64,000 nt of DNA from Myxococcota bacterium (GTDB taxonomy: Bacteria; Myxococcota_A; UBA9160; PR03), in contig DATJPY010000044.1 in NCBI GenBank assembly GCA_035506135.1, forward strand, positions 1,528-65,527, read 5' to 3'. The notes under the pieces were generated by a model. The model saw only the letters and a program-made list of their open reading frames with translations, did no database searches and had not been told where the DNA came from. Below are positions 37,599 through 48,732 of this stretch, in pieces. A program made the position numbers and the translations under genes. The first letter of the stretch is position 1. Each line of letters starts with the position of its first letter.

Positions 37599-37918
37599 GC
37601 GGAGCCACCGTCTGCGAGGAGTTCACCGTGCGCCGCGAGCTCGGGCTGCACGCGCGGCCCGCGGGGCGCTTCGTCTCGCTCGCCGCCCGATTCCAATCGG
37701 AGATCCAGGTGGCTCGGGCGGGAAGCGGCGACGACTGGGTGAGCGGGCGCAGCGTGCTGTCGCTGCTCTCGCTCGGGGCGACGCGCGGCACGCGCCTCCG
37801 CGTGCGCGCGGTCGGCCCCGACGCCGGCGAGGCGGTGGCCGCGCTCGGGGCGCTGATCGAGGAGCTGGAGGAGCCCGCGCTCGGCGATGTCGCGGCCGGG
37901 CGGGAGCGGCCGCGGTGA
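37595..37918 (+). CDS. ptsH: phosphocarrier protein HPr/NPr
   Basis: ORF 37595..37918 (GTGA overlap). Active-site His in ELGLHARPAG. Regulatory Ser context SGRSVLSLLSLGA. Confidence 0.9.
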   Translation: MSGATVCEEFTVRRELGLHARPAGRFVSLAARFQSEIQVARAGSGDDWVSGRSVLSLLSLGATRGTRLRVRAVGPDAGEAVAALGALIEELEEPALGDVAAGRERPR

Positions 37919-39687
37919 GCGAGCCGGGCGGCGCGGAGCTGTGGGGCGTCGCCGCCTCGCCCGGGATCGCGATCGGTCGTGTGCACCTGCTCCGCCGCGA
38001 GGCGCTCGCGGTGCCCGAGCGCTCGCTCCCGGTGGCTCAGGTCGCTGACGAGGTCGAGCGACTGCGCGCAGCCGCCGCGCACGCGCGGAGCCGGCTCGAG
38101 CGGATCCATCGCTCGGTGTCGGGGCTCGAGCTCGCCGACGCCATCTTCCGCCCGCAGCTCCTGATCCTGGAGGACCCGCAGCTCCTCGAGGATGCCGCGC
38201 GCCACATCCGCGAGCGGCGGATCAATGCGGAGTGGGCGCTGCGGATCGAGCAGGACCGGCTCACCGCGCGCTTCGACGCCATGCAGGACAGCTACCTGCG
38301 CGAGCGGCGGGCCGACGTGGACTTCGCGCTGCGCCAGCTCCTGCTGAGCCTGCTCGGGCGCGAGCCCGAGGAGGTCGGTGCCCTCGACGGGCCCACCATC
38401 GTGGTGGCGCACGACCTGTCGCCCGCGGAGACCGCGCAGCTCGACCGGGTGCGGGTCGTCGCGCTCGCGACCGACGCCGGCGGCCGCACGTCCCACGCGG
38501 TGATCATGGCCAACTCGCTCGGCATCCCCGCGGTGGTGGGTCTCGAGGGGATCACGCGCGCGGCGCGCCAGGGCGATCCGGCGATCGTCGACGGGCGCGC
38601 CGGTCAGGTCTGGCTTCGGCCGCCCGCGTCCGTCGTGCGGCGCTACGCGGCGCGGGCGCGCCAGGAGCAGGTCCGCGAGCGCGCGCTGATGCGCTGCGCC
38701 GACCTGCCGTCGGAGACCCGCGACGGCCGCGCGGTCGAGCTGCGTGCGAACATCGAGCGCGCCGACGACCTGACGGCCGTCCGCTCGCACGGCGCCCGCG
38801 GCGTGGGCCTGTTCCGCACCGAGTTCCTGTTCATGAACCGCGCCGAGATGCCGCACGAGGAGGATCAGGTGCAGCAGTACGCGGCGGTGCTGGCCGGCGT
38901 GGCGCCGTGGCCCGCCGCGATCCGCACCGTCGACCTCGGCGGCGAGAAGCTCCCGCTGGCTGGCCTCCGCGGCCTCGAGGCCAACCCCGCCCTCGGCCTG
39001 CGGGGCGTGCGGCTGGCGGCGCGCGGCGGGTCGTCGCTCTACGCCGCGCAGCTCCGCGCGATGCTGCGCGCGAGCCCTGCCGGTCGACTCCGCATCCTGC
39101 TCCCGCTGGTGACCGGCGTCGACGAGGTGGTCGAGGTTCGCCAGGCGATCGCCGAGCTGCGGGGTGAGCTCGAGGCCGAGGGGCGCCCGGTGGCCGAGCG
39201 GATCGAGCTCGGCGTCGTCGTCGAGACGCCGGCCGCGGTGGCGATCGTCGACCTGCTCGCGCGCGAGGTCGACTTCTTCTCGATCGGGACCAACGACCTG
39301 ATCCAGTACACCGTCGCCGTGGACCGCGGCAACGAGGCGGTGGCCTACCTCTACGACGCGGGACACCCGGCCGTGCTGCGCGCGATCCGCGCGGTGGTCG
39401 AGCAGGCCCACGCCGCGCAGCGGCCGGTCGGCGTCTGCGGGGAGATGGCCGGCGACCCGCTCTACACGCTGCTCCTCGTGGGGCTCGAGGTCGACGAGCT
39501 CTCGATGAACGCACCCGCCATTCCGCGCGTGAAGCGGATCGTGCGGGAGATCGACCAGCCCGAGGCGCGCGCGCTGGCGAGCGCGCTCCTGCGCCTGCGC
39601 ACCGCCGCCGAGGTCGGCGAGGCGCTGCGCAAGGAGATGCGGCGCCGCTTCCCCGACGAGTTTGAGCCGGACTCGCGAGTCCCGTAG
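37915..39687 (+). CDS. ptsI: phosphoenolpyruvate-protein phosphotransferase (PTS enzyme I)
   Basis: ORF 37915..39687 (GTGA overlap). Sequence: GGRTSHAVIMANSLGIPAVVG (phospho-His)..GVGLFRTEFLF..FFSIGTNDLIQY..CGEMAGDP. Confidence 0.95.
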   Translation: MSEPGGAELWGVAASPGIAIGRVHLLRREALAVPERSLPVAQVADEVERLRAAAAHARSRLERIHRSVSGLELADAIFRPQLLILEDPQLLEDAARHIRERRINAEWALRIEQDRLTARFDAMQDSYLRERRADVDFALRQLLLSLLGREPEEVGALDGPTIVVAHDLSPAETAQLDRVRVVALATDAGGRTSHAVIMANSLGIPAVVGLEGITRAARQGDPAIVDGRAGQVWLRPPASVVRRYAARARQEQVRERALMRCADLPSETRDGRAVELRANIERADDLTAVRSHGARGVGLFRTEFLFMNRAEMPHEEDQVQQYAAVLAGVAPWPAAIRTVDLGGEKLPLAGLRGLEANPALGLRGVRLAARGGSSLYAAQLRAMLRASPAGRLRILLPLVTGVDEVVEVRQAIAELRGELEAEGRPVAERIELGVVVETPAAVAIVDLLAREVDFFSIGTNDLIQYTVAVDRGNEAVAYLYDAGHPAVLRAIRAVVEQAHAAQRPVGVCGEMAGDPLYTLLLVGLEVDELSMNAPAIPRVKRIVREIDQPEARALASALLRLRTAAEVGEALRKEMRRRFPDEFEPDSRVP

Positions 39688-39720
39688 ACTCCCGCGCCCT
39701 GCCGCTGGGAGGAGACATCC

Positions 39721-40887
39721 ATGGCCGTCCGCACGCTCTTCACCTCCGAGTCGGTGTCGATGGGCCACCCGGACAAGATGTGCGATCAGATCTCGGACGC
39801 GGTGCTCGACGCGCTGCTCGAGCAGGACCCGCGCTCGCGCGTCGCGTGCGAGACGCTGACCAAGACCGGCTTCATCGTGCTGGCCGGCGAGATCACCACC
39901 AGCGCGCGCGTCGAGTACGAGAAGCTCGCGCGCGAGGTGGTCCGCGACATCGGCTACACGGACTCGGCGATGGGCTTCGACGCCGACTCGTGCGGCGTGC
40001 TGGTCGCGCTCGGCCAGCAGTCGCAGGACATCGCGCAGGGCGTGTCGGAAGGGGAGGGGCTCCACAAGGAGCAGGGCGCCGGCGATCAGGGGATGATGTT
40101 CGGCTACGCCTGCGACGAGACACCGGAGCTGATGCCCGCGCCGATCCGGCTGGCGCACAAGCTGATCGAGTCGCATCGCGAGCATCTCGAATCCGGGACG
40201 CTCGGCTACCTGCGACCCGACGCGAAGTCCCAGGTCACGGTCGAGTACGCAGCGGACGGAGCGCCGAGGCGCATCGACACGGTGGTGCTGTCGACGCAGC
40301 ACGCGCCGGACGTCGGCTACGACAAGCTCCGGAAGGACGTGATCGACCAGATCATCCGGCCGACCCTGCCCGACGGCTGGCTCGACGCCGACACCGTCTT
40401 CCACGTGAACCCGACCGGCCGCTTCGTCGTGGGCGGCCCGATGGGCGATGCCGGGCTCACCGGCCGCAAGATCATCGTCGACACCTACGGCGGGATGGGG
40501 CGGCACGGCGGCGGCGCCTTCTCCGGCAAGGATCCCACCAAGGTCGACCGCAGCGCCGCGTACGCCGCCCGCTGGGTGGCCAAGAACCTGGTGCGGGCGC
40601 GCATCGCCACGCGCTGCGAGGTGCAGCTCGCCTACGCGATCGGCGTGGCCGAGCCGGTCTCGATCCGCATCGACACCTTCGGCACCAGCCGCCTCGACGC
40701 GGGCCAGCTCGACCGGCTGGTTCGCAGGCACTTCGACCTGACGCCCAAGGGCATCATCGACGGCCTGCGGCTGCGGCGCCCGATCTACCGCGCCACCTCC
40801 TACCACGGCCACTTCGGTCGCGAGAACCAGGGGTTCACCTGGGAGGAGACGCCGAAGGCCGAGGCACTGGCCCGGGACGCGCGCTAG
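39721..40887 (+). CDS. metK: S-adenosylmethionine synthetase
   Basis: ORF 39721..40887. Sequence: [53 protein letters not shown] lies upstream. Confidence 0.98.
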   Translation: MAVRTLFTSESVSMGHPDKMCDQISDAVLDALLEQDPRSRVACETLTKTGFIVLAGEITTSARVEYEKLAREVVRDIGYTDSAMGFDADSCGVLVALGQQSQDIAQGVSEGEGLHKEQGAGDQGMMFGYACDETPELMPAPIRLAHKLIESHREHLESGTLGYLRPDAKSQVTVEYAADGAPRRIDTVVLSTQHAPDVGYDKLRKDVIDQIIRPTLPDGWLDADTVFHVNPTGRFVVGGPMGDAGLTGRKIIVDTYGGMGRHGGGAFSGKDPTKVDRSAAYAARWVAKNLVRARIATRCEVQLAYAIGVAEPVSIRIDTFGTSRLDAGQLDRLVRRHFDLTPKGIIDGLRLRRPIYRATSYHGHFGRENQGFTWEETPKAEALARDAR

Positions 40888-40944
40888 GAGCGGCCCCGCG
40901 GGTTGCTTGCGCCCCCGGTAGCTCCGTGCCATACCCCCGGCGCG

Positions 40945-42123
40945 ATGCGGTGGGGGGCGGCACGCACCGCGGCGGCGCGCTGTGCGGCGCTCGCGGTCGG
41001 GGTGGGCTGTTCGCTGGCGGCTCTCGCAGGGCCGGCGTCGGCCGCCACCGTGCGCGTGCTGCTGCTCGACCGCCGCGAATCGGTGCAGATCGAGAGCGCG
41101 GGCCGGGTGATCGAGGTGCGGACCGGTCGCGGCGGGCTGCGGGCCGACGACGGGGATGCGGAGCTCGAGGCCCTGCGAAATGGCGGCCGCCGGCTGCGCT
41201 TCGAGGGTCCGGGCCCGCAGCGGGTGGACGGCAGGCGCTATCGCGGCGCGATCGAGATCCTGGAGCGATCGGAGGGGATCCGCGTGGTGAACGAGGTGCC
41301 GCTCGAGGCGTACGTCGCCGGGACGCTCCTGGGCGAGGTCGGAGCGGACTGGGGCGCGGCGGTCCTCGAGGCCCAGGCCGTGGCGACGCGCAGCTACGCG
41401 CTCCACCGGCGCGCGCACGCCGCCGACCGCGGCGCCCGCGACTTCGACGTCGAATCGGGGACGCTGGGGCAGGTCTATCTCGGCATGGACGGCGAGAGCC
41501 CCGTGACGTGGGGCGCGGTCGACGCCACGCGCGGCGAGGTGCTGACCTTCGGCGGCGAGGCGATCCTCGCCGCCTTCCACGGGACCTCCGGAGGCTGGAC
41601 CGCGAGCGCTGCGGAGGTGTGGGGCGAGCCGGTGTCCTACCTCGTGAGCCAGCCGGTCGCCGGCGAGGAGGCGTCGCCCGACACCTACTGGCGAGAGACC
41701 GTCTCCGCCGGCGATCTCGCGTCAGCGCTCGCCGCCGCGGGTCGTCCGGTGGGACGGGTGCGCTCGGTCGAGGTCGCCAACCGCACCGCGAGCGGGCGCT
41801 GTGCGGCGGTCCGGATCGAGGGGAGCCGCGCTGCCGTCGAGATCAGCGGTGAGGCGCTGCGCCGGCTGCTCGGCGAGTCGCGCATCCGGAGCACGCTCTT
41901 CGCCGTGCGCGCGAGCCCCGACGGGTTCGCGTTCGTCGGCTCCGGGCGCGGGCACGGCGTCGGGATGAGCCAGTGGGGCGCGCGGGTGATGGCCGAGCGC
42001 GGAGCCGACTATCGAGCGATCCTGCGGCACTTCTATCCGGGGGCCGAGCTGCGGCGCCCGGCGATCGAGGACGCGCGAGCACCCGCGGAGCGAGCCGTGG
42101 CCTCGGGCGCAGGAGGTTCGTGA
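40945..42123 (+). CDS. SpoIID/LytB domain protein
   Basis: ATG 40945 within ORF 40903..42123 (whose own start is TTG). It has a signal peptide. Sequence: LEAYVAGTLLGEV..VLEAQAVATRSYAL..FHGTSGGWTASAAEVWG..GHGVGMSQWGA. Confidence 0.85.
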   Translation: MRWGAARTAAARCAALAVGVGCSLAALAGPASAATVRVLLLDRRESVQIESAGRVIEVRTGRGGLRADDGDAELEALRNGGRRLRFEGPGPQRVDGRRYRGAIEILERSEGIRVVNEVPLEAYVAGTLLGEVGADWGAAVLEAQAVATRSYALHRRAHAADRGARDFDVESGTLGQVYLGMDGESPVTWGAVDATRGEVLTFGGEAILAAFHGTSGGWTASAAEVWGEPVSYLVSQPVAGEEASPDTYWRETVSAGDLASALAAAGRPVGRVRSVEVANRTASGRCAAVRIEGSRAAVEISGEALRRLLGESRIRSTLFAVRASPDGFAFVGSGRGHGVGMSQWGARVMAERGADYRAILRHFYPGAELRRPAIEDARAPAERAVASGAGGS

Positions 42124-42469
42124 TGGGAGTGCTTCCCGCCGTCGTGCTGCTGCAGGCCGCCCCCGACGCGCAGGCGCCCTCGCCGATCGGCTTCCTGCTG
42201 CCGATGGCCGCGATCTTCCTCATCTTCTACTTCCTGATGATCCGCCCGCAGAATCGGCGCCAGCGCGACCACGAGGACATGCTGAAGGGCCTCGAGCGCG
42301 GCGACCGCGTGGTGACCTCGGGGGGTGTGCACGGCACCGTGGTCGGCCTTGCGGACGACGTGCTCACGCTCGAGATCGCAGTGGCGGGCAAGGAGCGGGT
42401 GCGCGTGAAGGTCGACCGGCCGCGCATCGAGCGGCTGGTGGAGAAGGGCAAGGGAGGCGAGCCGGCGTC

Positions 42470-42473
<4 letters not shown>
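42123..42473 (+). CDS. yajC: preprotein translocase subunit YajC
   Basis: ATG 42123 (TGATG junction, GGAGG upstream). Sequence: LLPMAAIFLIFYFLMIRPQNRRQRDHEDMLKGLERGDRVVTSGGVHGTVV. Confidence 0.9.
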
Positions 42474-44059
<1,586 letters not shown>

Positions 44060-44068
44060 GAGGCCGCC

Positions 44069-45088
44069 GTGCCGATCGAGATCATCCCGCCGGGCACCAA
44101 CTTCGATTTCATCGGCAAGTGGAAGTGGTGCGTGGCCGCATCGCTCGCCGTCCTCCTCGCCGGAGCGCTCGCGATCCCGGTGCGCGGCCTGCGCTGGGGC
44201 ATCGACTTCGCTGGCGGGATCGAGCTGCAGGTGCACTTCGGCGAGGGCGTCGCCGTCGACGAAGGCAAGATCCGCGGTGCGGTCGCCGATCTCGGGCTCG
44301 GCGAGACCAGCGTGGTGCGCTTCGGCGAGGCCGGGCACGAGACCTACGAGATCCGCTTCGCGGGCGCCCAGACCGAGTCGGACGAGTCGCGTCAGGGCCA
44401 GCTCGTCGACCGCATCCAGGCCGCCCTCGCCGAGAAGATCGGGAAGGTCGAGGTCGACCGCGTCGACTTCGTCGGGCCCAAGGTGGGCGCCGACCTCCGC
44501 CGCGACGGCATCAAGGCCTTCACGATTGCCTTCGCGCTGATCCTGGTCTACATCGCGTTCCGCTTCACCTTCCAGTTCGCGCCTGGCGCGGTCGTCGCGC
44601 TGGTCCACGACGTCTTCGTGGCATGTGCGGTGTGGATCCTGCTCGGACAGGAGTTCGACCTGCAGGTGCTGGCGGCGCTGCTCGGAATCGCCGGCTACAG
44701 CCTGAACGACACCATCATCGTCTACGACCGGATCCGCGAGATGATGGGTGTGCACACCTCGCAAGATCTGCCCGACGTGATCAACCGCAGCGTCAACCAG
44801 ACCCTGTCGCGGACCATCCTGACCTCGGGCATCACGATGCTCGCCGTGCTGGCGCTGCTGCTGGTCGGCGGTCCGGTGATCCGGCCCTTCGCCGCGGTGA
44901 TGGCGATCGGGATCCTGGTCGGGACCTACTCGTCGATCTACATCGCGGCGCCGATCATGCTGCTGCTCGAGCGGCGCTTCGGCGCCGCCAAGACCAGCTC
45001 GACGCCGAGCCGGCCGGGCGCGGCGGGCAAGGGCTCCGGGAAGTCGGGAAAGCGCGACGCCAAGGGCGCGCGCGCGGCGCGGGCCTGA
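44069..45088 (+). CDS. secF: protein translocase subunit SecF
   Basis: ORF 44069..45088 (GTG start, AGGAGG upstream). Sequence: FDFIGKWKW..GIDFAGGIELQV..GYSLNDTIIVYDRIRE. Confidence 0.95.
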   Translation: MPIEIIPPGTNFDFIGKWKWCVAASLAVLLAGALAIPVRGLRWGIDFAGGIELQVHFGEGVAVDEGKIRGAVADLGLGETSVVRFGEAGHETYEIRFAGAQTESDESRQGQLVDRIQAALAEKIGKVEVDRVDFVGPKVGADLRRDGIKAFTIAFALILVYIAFRFTFQFAPGAVVALVHDVFVACAVWILLGQEFDLQVLAALLGIAGYSLNDTIIVYDRIREMMGVHTSQDLPDVINRSVNQTLSRTILTSGITMLAVLALLLVGGPVIRPFAAVMAIGILVGTYSSIYIAAPIMLLLERRFGAAKTSSTPSRPGAAGKGSGKSGKRDAKGARAARA

Positions 45089-45106
45089 GCGCCGGCGCCG
45101 TCCCCG

Positions 45107-45688
45107 CTAGGGCAGCGCCTTCTTCTCGCCGGACAGCGCGAGCGAGGGGCCGCTCGGCTGCGGCGTGGCGACGCCGGCCTTCTTGGTCCCCATCTCGATC
45201 GAGCCGTTCACGACTGCGCCCTCCGCCACGACCAGGCGCGGCGCGGACACGTCGCCGTTCACCAGGCCGGTCGCCTGGATCTCGATGCGCTCCGTGGCGC
45301 TCACGTTGCCGGTGACCTTCCCCACGACGACGACCGTCTTGGCGTGCACCTCGGCCGAGCAGCTCCCGTTGGCGCCGATCGTGAGCTGGTTGTTCGGGAG
45401 GTCGACCCTCCCTTCGATGTGGCCCTCGATGACGAGGTCCTCGTTGCCGCTGAGGTCGCCCTTCAGCGTGATCGACTTCCCGATGTTCGCCATGTTCTCC
45501 CCCCCAGCGACCGCAGTCGCATGGCTCGGCTTGCTCAGAATCGGCGGATTGGGCACGGGCCGGCTCCTCTCGACGGCCGCGCCGGCGACCGGATCCCGGG
45601 CGACGGGCGCCTCGCGCGGAGCCGGAGCCTCGAAGGGCTCGGGCTCCTCCTTGCCGTCCTTCCGTCTGCCACGATCGAACAGGCTCAC
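45107..45688 (-). CDS. bactofilin (polymer-forming cytoskeletal protein)
   Basis: ORF 45107..45688. It has a Pro-rich N-terminus followed by the beta-helical repeat core: TLKGDLSGNEDLVIEGHIEGRVDLPNNQLTIGANGSCSAEVHAKTVVVVGKVTGNVSATERIEIQATGLVNGDV. Confidence 0.9.
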   Translation of the reverse strand: MSLFDRGRRKDGKEEPEPFEAPAPREAPVARDPVAGAAVERSRPVPNPPILSKPSHATAVAGGENMANIGKSITLKGDLSGNEDLVIEGHIEGRVDLPNNQLTIGANGSCSAEVHAKTVVVVGKVTGNVSATERIEIQATGLVNGDVSAPRLVVAEGAVVNGSIEMGTKKAGVATPQPSGPSLALSGEKKALP

Positions 45689-45717
45689 GCGTCGTCCCCC
45701 CCGCGAGCGCGGGCAGT

Positions 45718-47427
45718 CTACCGCAGCGGCGCCGCGTCTTCGACGATGATGTGATCGCGGGCCAGGATGGTGCCCTGGGCGCGGTCCAGCTCCGTGATCG
45801 AGTTGTGATAGACCTGCTGCGCCGCGATCTTCTGCTGCTCCGCCTGCACCAGGTCCTGCTCCCGGAGCAGCACGTCGAAAGGGGTGGACTCGCCATACTC
45901 GAGCCGCACCCGCTCGGCGCGCAGCTGCTCGGTGGCTGCGACGACCGCGCGGTCGGCGGCCTCGATGCCCTCGACCGCGGCGAGCAGGTTGCGGGAGGCG
46001 CGACGGATGTCCGAGATGATCTGCTGCTCGAGCCGGTGCAATGAGGTCTCCGAGCGGCGCAGCTCCAGGGCCGCCTTCTGGTAGTCGGCGCGCGGCGACA
46101 CGTTCCCGAGCGGGATCGAGAAGATGCCCTGCACGGTAAAGCTTCGCGGGGCGCGGGGGGTGAAGAAGTCGTCGTTGGCATCGGTCCAGTGCTTCCCGAT
46201 GACCCCCGGGACGGGGCAGGGGGTACCCGGCGGCCCGGTGAAGTTGAGGCAGTCCGGGCTCAGCCGGCCGGCCAGGCCGTTGTTCGAGAAGCTCGCGACC
46301 GTGTCGAGCTGGGGCAGCCGCTGGTTGCTGGCGTAGCGGAGCTGCACGGTGCGGCTGTCGACCTGGCGCTTGGCCGCCGCGATCTCCGGGCGGGTGGCGA
46401 GCGCCCGGTCGGTGGCGCCCTGGGGATCGACCTCGCGAACGGGCATGTCCTCCGGCGAGTCGGTGGGCTCGACGTCCAGGCGGGTCGTCGGCCCGAGGTA
46501 GGGACCGAGCACGTTGTCGATCAGGGCGTCCTGGATGTTGCGCTCGGCGGCATCCGCGGTGATCAGGCGGAAGTCGCGGTCGGCGACGCCGGCCTCCGCC
46601 TGGACGACCTCCACCCTCGAGACCACGCCCACGTCGAACTGCGCCTTGGTCTGCTCGAGCAGCGCCTTCGCGGTATCGAGGCTCTTCTGCGCGACGCGCG
46701 TGTTCTCCTGCGCGGCGACCAGCGCCCAGTAGCTGTTCTCGGTCGCCGCGACCTGGTCCATCAGCTTGGCGGCGAAGGTGTCGCGCGAGGCGTCGAGGCC
46801 GATCTGCGAGAGGCGCACCTGGGTCCAGGCGTCGCCCCAGAGGAGACCGCGCAGCAGCGGGATCTGGAGCGTGGCCAGGAAGGCGGTGGTGAACTGCGGC
46901 GAGAGCACCTGGATGCGGTTGTCGGTCTCCTCCGACATGCCCGAATAGGAGGCCGAGTAGGACCCGCCGATCACGGGGATCGCGCCGCGCACGCCGCCCT
47001 CGGCGTGGTCGGTCTGGTCGTGCAGCAGGATCGAGCCGACGATCGTGCTCGCCGTGGGCGTCTGGGTGTCGGTGTGACCGCCGTCGGCGAAGAGGCGCGG
47101 GTCATACACGCCCCAGCTCGACTTGAGCGTCTGCTCCGCGACCAGCGGATCGAAACGCTCGAGCTCGATGTCGAGATTGTTGGTCACCGAGAGCCGGACC
47201 GCGTCGAGCAGGCCGAGCTTGAGCGTGCCGTCGGTCGGGGCGGGCCCCGGCGTCGGCGGGGCGACAGAGGTCGGCGTCGGGGCGGTCGCGCTCGCGGGCG
47301 TGCCGGCGGCGGCCCGCTGCGAGGGCGGAGGCTTCGAATAGGCGGCCGCGGACGCAGAGCCCGCTCTCGCGGGCTGGGTCGGCGCCACCAGCGCGGCGAC
47401 GGCGAGCCAGACCAGCGCTCGTCGCAT
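45718..47427 (-). CDS. TolC-family outer membrane efflux protein with a Pro/Ala/Thr-rich N-terminal linker
   Basis: ATG 47427 (GGAGG upstream) within ORF 45718..48420. Signal peptide MRRALVWLAVAALVAPTQPARA, then about 50 aa of PAT-rich sequence. Two OEP repeats follow (LGLLDAVRLSVTNNLDIE.., ..LEYGESTPFDVLLREQDLVQAEQ). Confidence 0.85.
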   Translation of the reverse strand: MRRALVWLAVAALVAPTQPARAGSASAAAYSKPPPSQRAAAGTPASATAPTPTSVAPPTPGPAPTDGTLKLGLLDAVRLSVTNNLDIELERFDPLVAEQTLKSSWGVYDPRLFADGGHTDTQTPTASTIVGSILLHDQTDHAEGGVRGAIPVIGGSYSASYSGMSEETDNRIQVLSPQFTTAFLATLQIPLLRGLLWGDAWTQVRLSQIGLDASRDTFAAKLMDQVAATENSYWALVAAQENTRVAQKSLDTAKALLEQTKAQFDVGVVSRVEVVQAEAGVADRDFRLITADAAERNIQDALIDNVLGPYLGPTTRLDVEPTDSPEDMPVREVDPQGATDRALATRPEIAAAKRQVDSRTVQLRYASNQRLPQLDTVASFSNNGLAGRLSPDCLNFTGPPGTPCPVPGVIGKHWTDANDDFFTPRAPRSFTVQGIFSIPLGNVSPRADYQKAALELRRSETSLHRLEQQIISDIRRASRNLLAAVEGIEAADRAVVAATEQLRAERVRLEYGESTPFDVLLREQDLVQAEQQKIAAQQVYHNSITELDRAQGTILARDHIIVEDAAPLR

Positions 47428-47527
47428 CAGTCCTCCCCCTCCACAACGGACGCGGCAGCACGGTAGCCTTCCCGCTCCCGCGATCAACGATCCGCGTCCG
47501 GGGCCCGAAGGGCTATCCTGCGCCGCC

Positions 47528-48235
47528 ATGCGCATCGCCGCTCTGGTACTCGCAGCGGGCCGCGGCGAGCGCCTCGGCGCGAGGCTCCCCAAGGCCCTGC
47601 TCGCGCTGGCCGGTCGCCCGCTTCTGCTCCACGCGATCGAGGCGCTGGGCGCCTGTGCCGAGCTCGAGGCGATCGTCCCGGTCGTGCCCTCCGCGGAGCT
47701 CGCGCGCTGCGCCGAGCTGGTGCGCGATCGCCCGCGCGTGTGGGCCCCCGTCGCGGGCGGTGCCGAGCGCCAGGACTCGATGCGCGCCGGGCTGGCGGCG
47801 CTGCCCCCGGACGTCGAGCTGGTGGCGGTCCACGACGCCGCGCGCCCGCTGGTTCGGCCCGGCGACGTGTCGGCGGTCGTCGCCGCGGCGCGCGACCACG
47901 GCGCGGCGCTCCTCGCCGTTCCGCTGCGCGACACGCTCAAGCGGGTGCGCGACGGCCAGGTCGCCGAGACGCTCCCGCGAGTCGCCTGCTGGGCGGCCCA
48001 GACACCGCAGGTATTTCGCGCCGATTGGCTCCGCGAGGCGCTCGCCAAGGCCGAGGCGGACGGCTTCCAGGGCACCGACGACGCGCAGCTCGTCGAGCGC
48101 CTCGGCATCGCGGTGCGCGTCGTCGAGGGCGATCCCCGCAACCTCAAGATCACCTGGCCGGAGGACCTGGAGATCGCGGAGGCGCTGCTGGCGCAGCAGG
48201 CCCGGCGGCGCACGCAGGAGGCTGCGACGCGGTGA
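47528..48235 (+). CDS. ispD: 2-C-methyl-D-erythritol 4-phosphate cytidylyltransferase
   Basis: ORF 47528..48235. Sequence: ALVLAAGRGERLG..PKALLALAGRPLL..VAVHDAARPLV..TDDAQLVE. Confidence 0.95.
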   Translation: MRIAALVLAAGRGERLGARLPKALLALAGRPLLLHAIEALGACAELEAIVPVVPSAELARCAELVRDRPRVWAPVAGGAERQDSMRAGLAALPPDVELVAVHDAARPLVRPGDVSAVVAAARDHGAALLAVPLRDTLKRVRDGQVAETLPRVACWAAQTPQVFRADWLREALAKAEADGFQGTDDAQLVERLGIAVRVVEGDPRNLKITWPEDLEIAEALLAQQARRRTQEAATR

Positions 48236-48732
48236 CGGCGCCCCGCATCGGACATGGCATCGACGCCCACCGCCTGGCTCCGGGCCGGCCGCTCTGGCTG
48301 GGCGGGGTGCGGGTGCCCTACGAGCGCGGTCTCGAGGGCCACTCGGACGGCGACGCGCTGCTCCACGCGGTCGCGAGCGCGCTCCTCGGCGCGCTCGGCG
48401 ACGGCGACCTCGGCACCCACTTCCCGTCGTCGGACCCCGCCTGGGCCGGCGCGGCGAGCGGCACGCTCGTGGCCCGCGTCCTCGAGCGCGTGCGCGCGCG
48501 CGGCCTGGTCGTCGCCAACCTGGACGCGACGGTGATCGCCGAGCAGCCCCGCCTGGCGCCGCTGCGCGCAGCGATGGTCGAGTCGATCGCCAAGCTCCTC
48601 GGGGTTCCGCTCGAACGCGTGAACGTGAAGCTCACGAGCCCGGACGGCCTCGGCGCGATCGGCCGGGCGGATGGCATCGCAGCGCAGGCGGTCGTGCTGC
48701 TGGTCGAGGCCGCCGACGCAGGCGGCGGGTGA
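48232..48732 (+). CDS. ispF: 2-C-methyl-D-erythritol 2,4-cyclodiphosphate synthase
   Basis: GTG 48232 (GTGA overlap). Sequence: RIGHGIDAHRL..LEGHSDGDALLHAV..GDLGTHFPSSDP. Confidence 0.95.
   Translation: MTAPRIGHGIDAHRLAPGRPLWLGGVRVPYERGLEGHSDGDALLHAVASALLGALGDGDLGTHFPSSDPAWAGAASGTLVARVLERVRARGLVVANLDATVIAEQPRLAPLRAAMVESIAKLLGVPLERVNVKLTSPDGLGAIGRADGIAAQAVVLLVEAADAGGG

Noticed and set aside
39688-39720. Possible SAM riboswitch upstream of metK
   Set aside because: The spacer after ptsI is only 33 nt and is mostly taken up by the GGAGG RBS, so there is no room for a riboswitch aptamer.
37534-41580. 1348-aa ORF on the minus strand
   Set aside because: It is antisense to ptsH, ptsI, metK and the SpoIID/LytB gene, all of which carry unmistakable conserved motifs. 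Its translation is Arg/Ala/Gly/Pro-rich low-complexity sequence, as expected from stop-codon depletion in roughly 70% GC DNA.
47453-47468. GG-N10-GC sigma-54-like match (cGGCAGcacggTAGCc) upstream of ispD
   Set aside because: The -12 box is poor (TAGC, not TTGC). GG-N10-GC occurs by chance very often at this GC content, and ispDF-cysS are not expected sigma-54 targets.
45718-48420. 900-aa extent of the TolC ORF
   Set aside because: The upstream 330 codons are antisense to ispD/ispF. A signal peptide with a GGAGG-preceded ATG at 47427 marks the real start.
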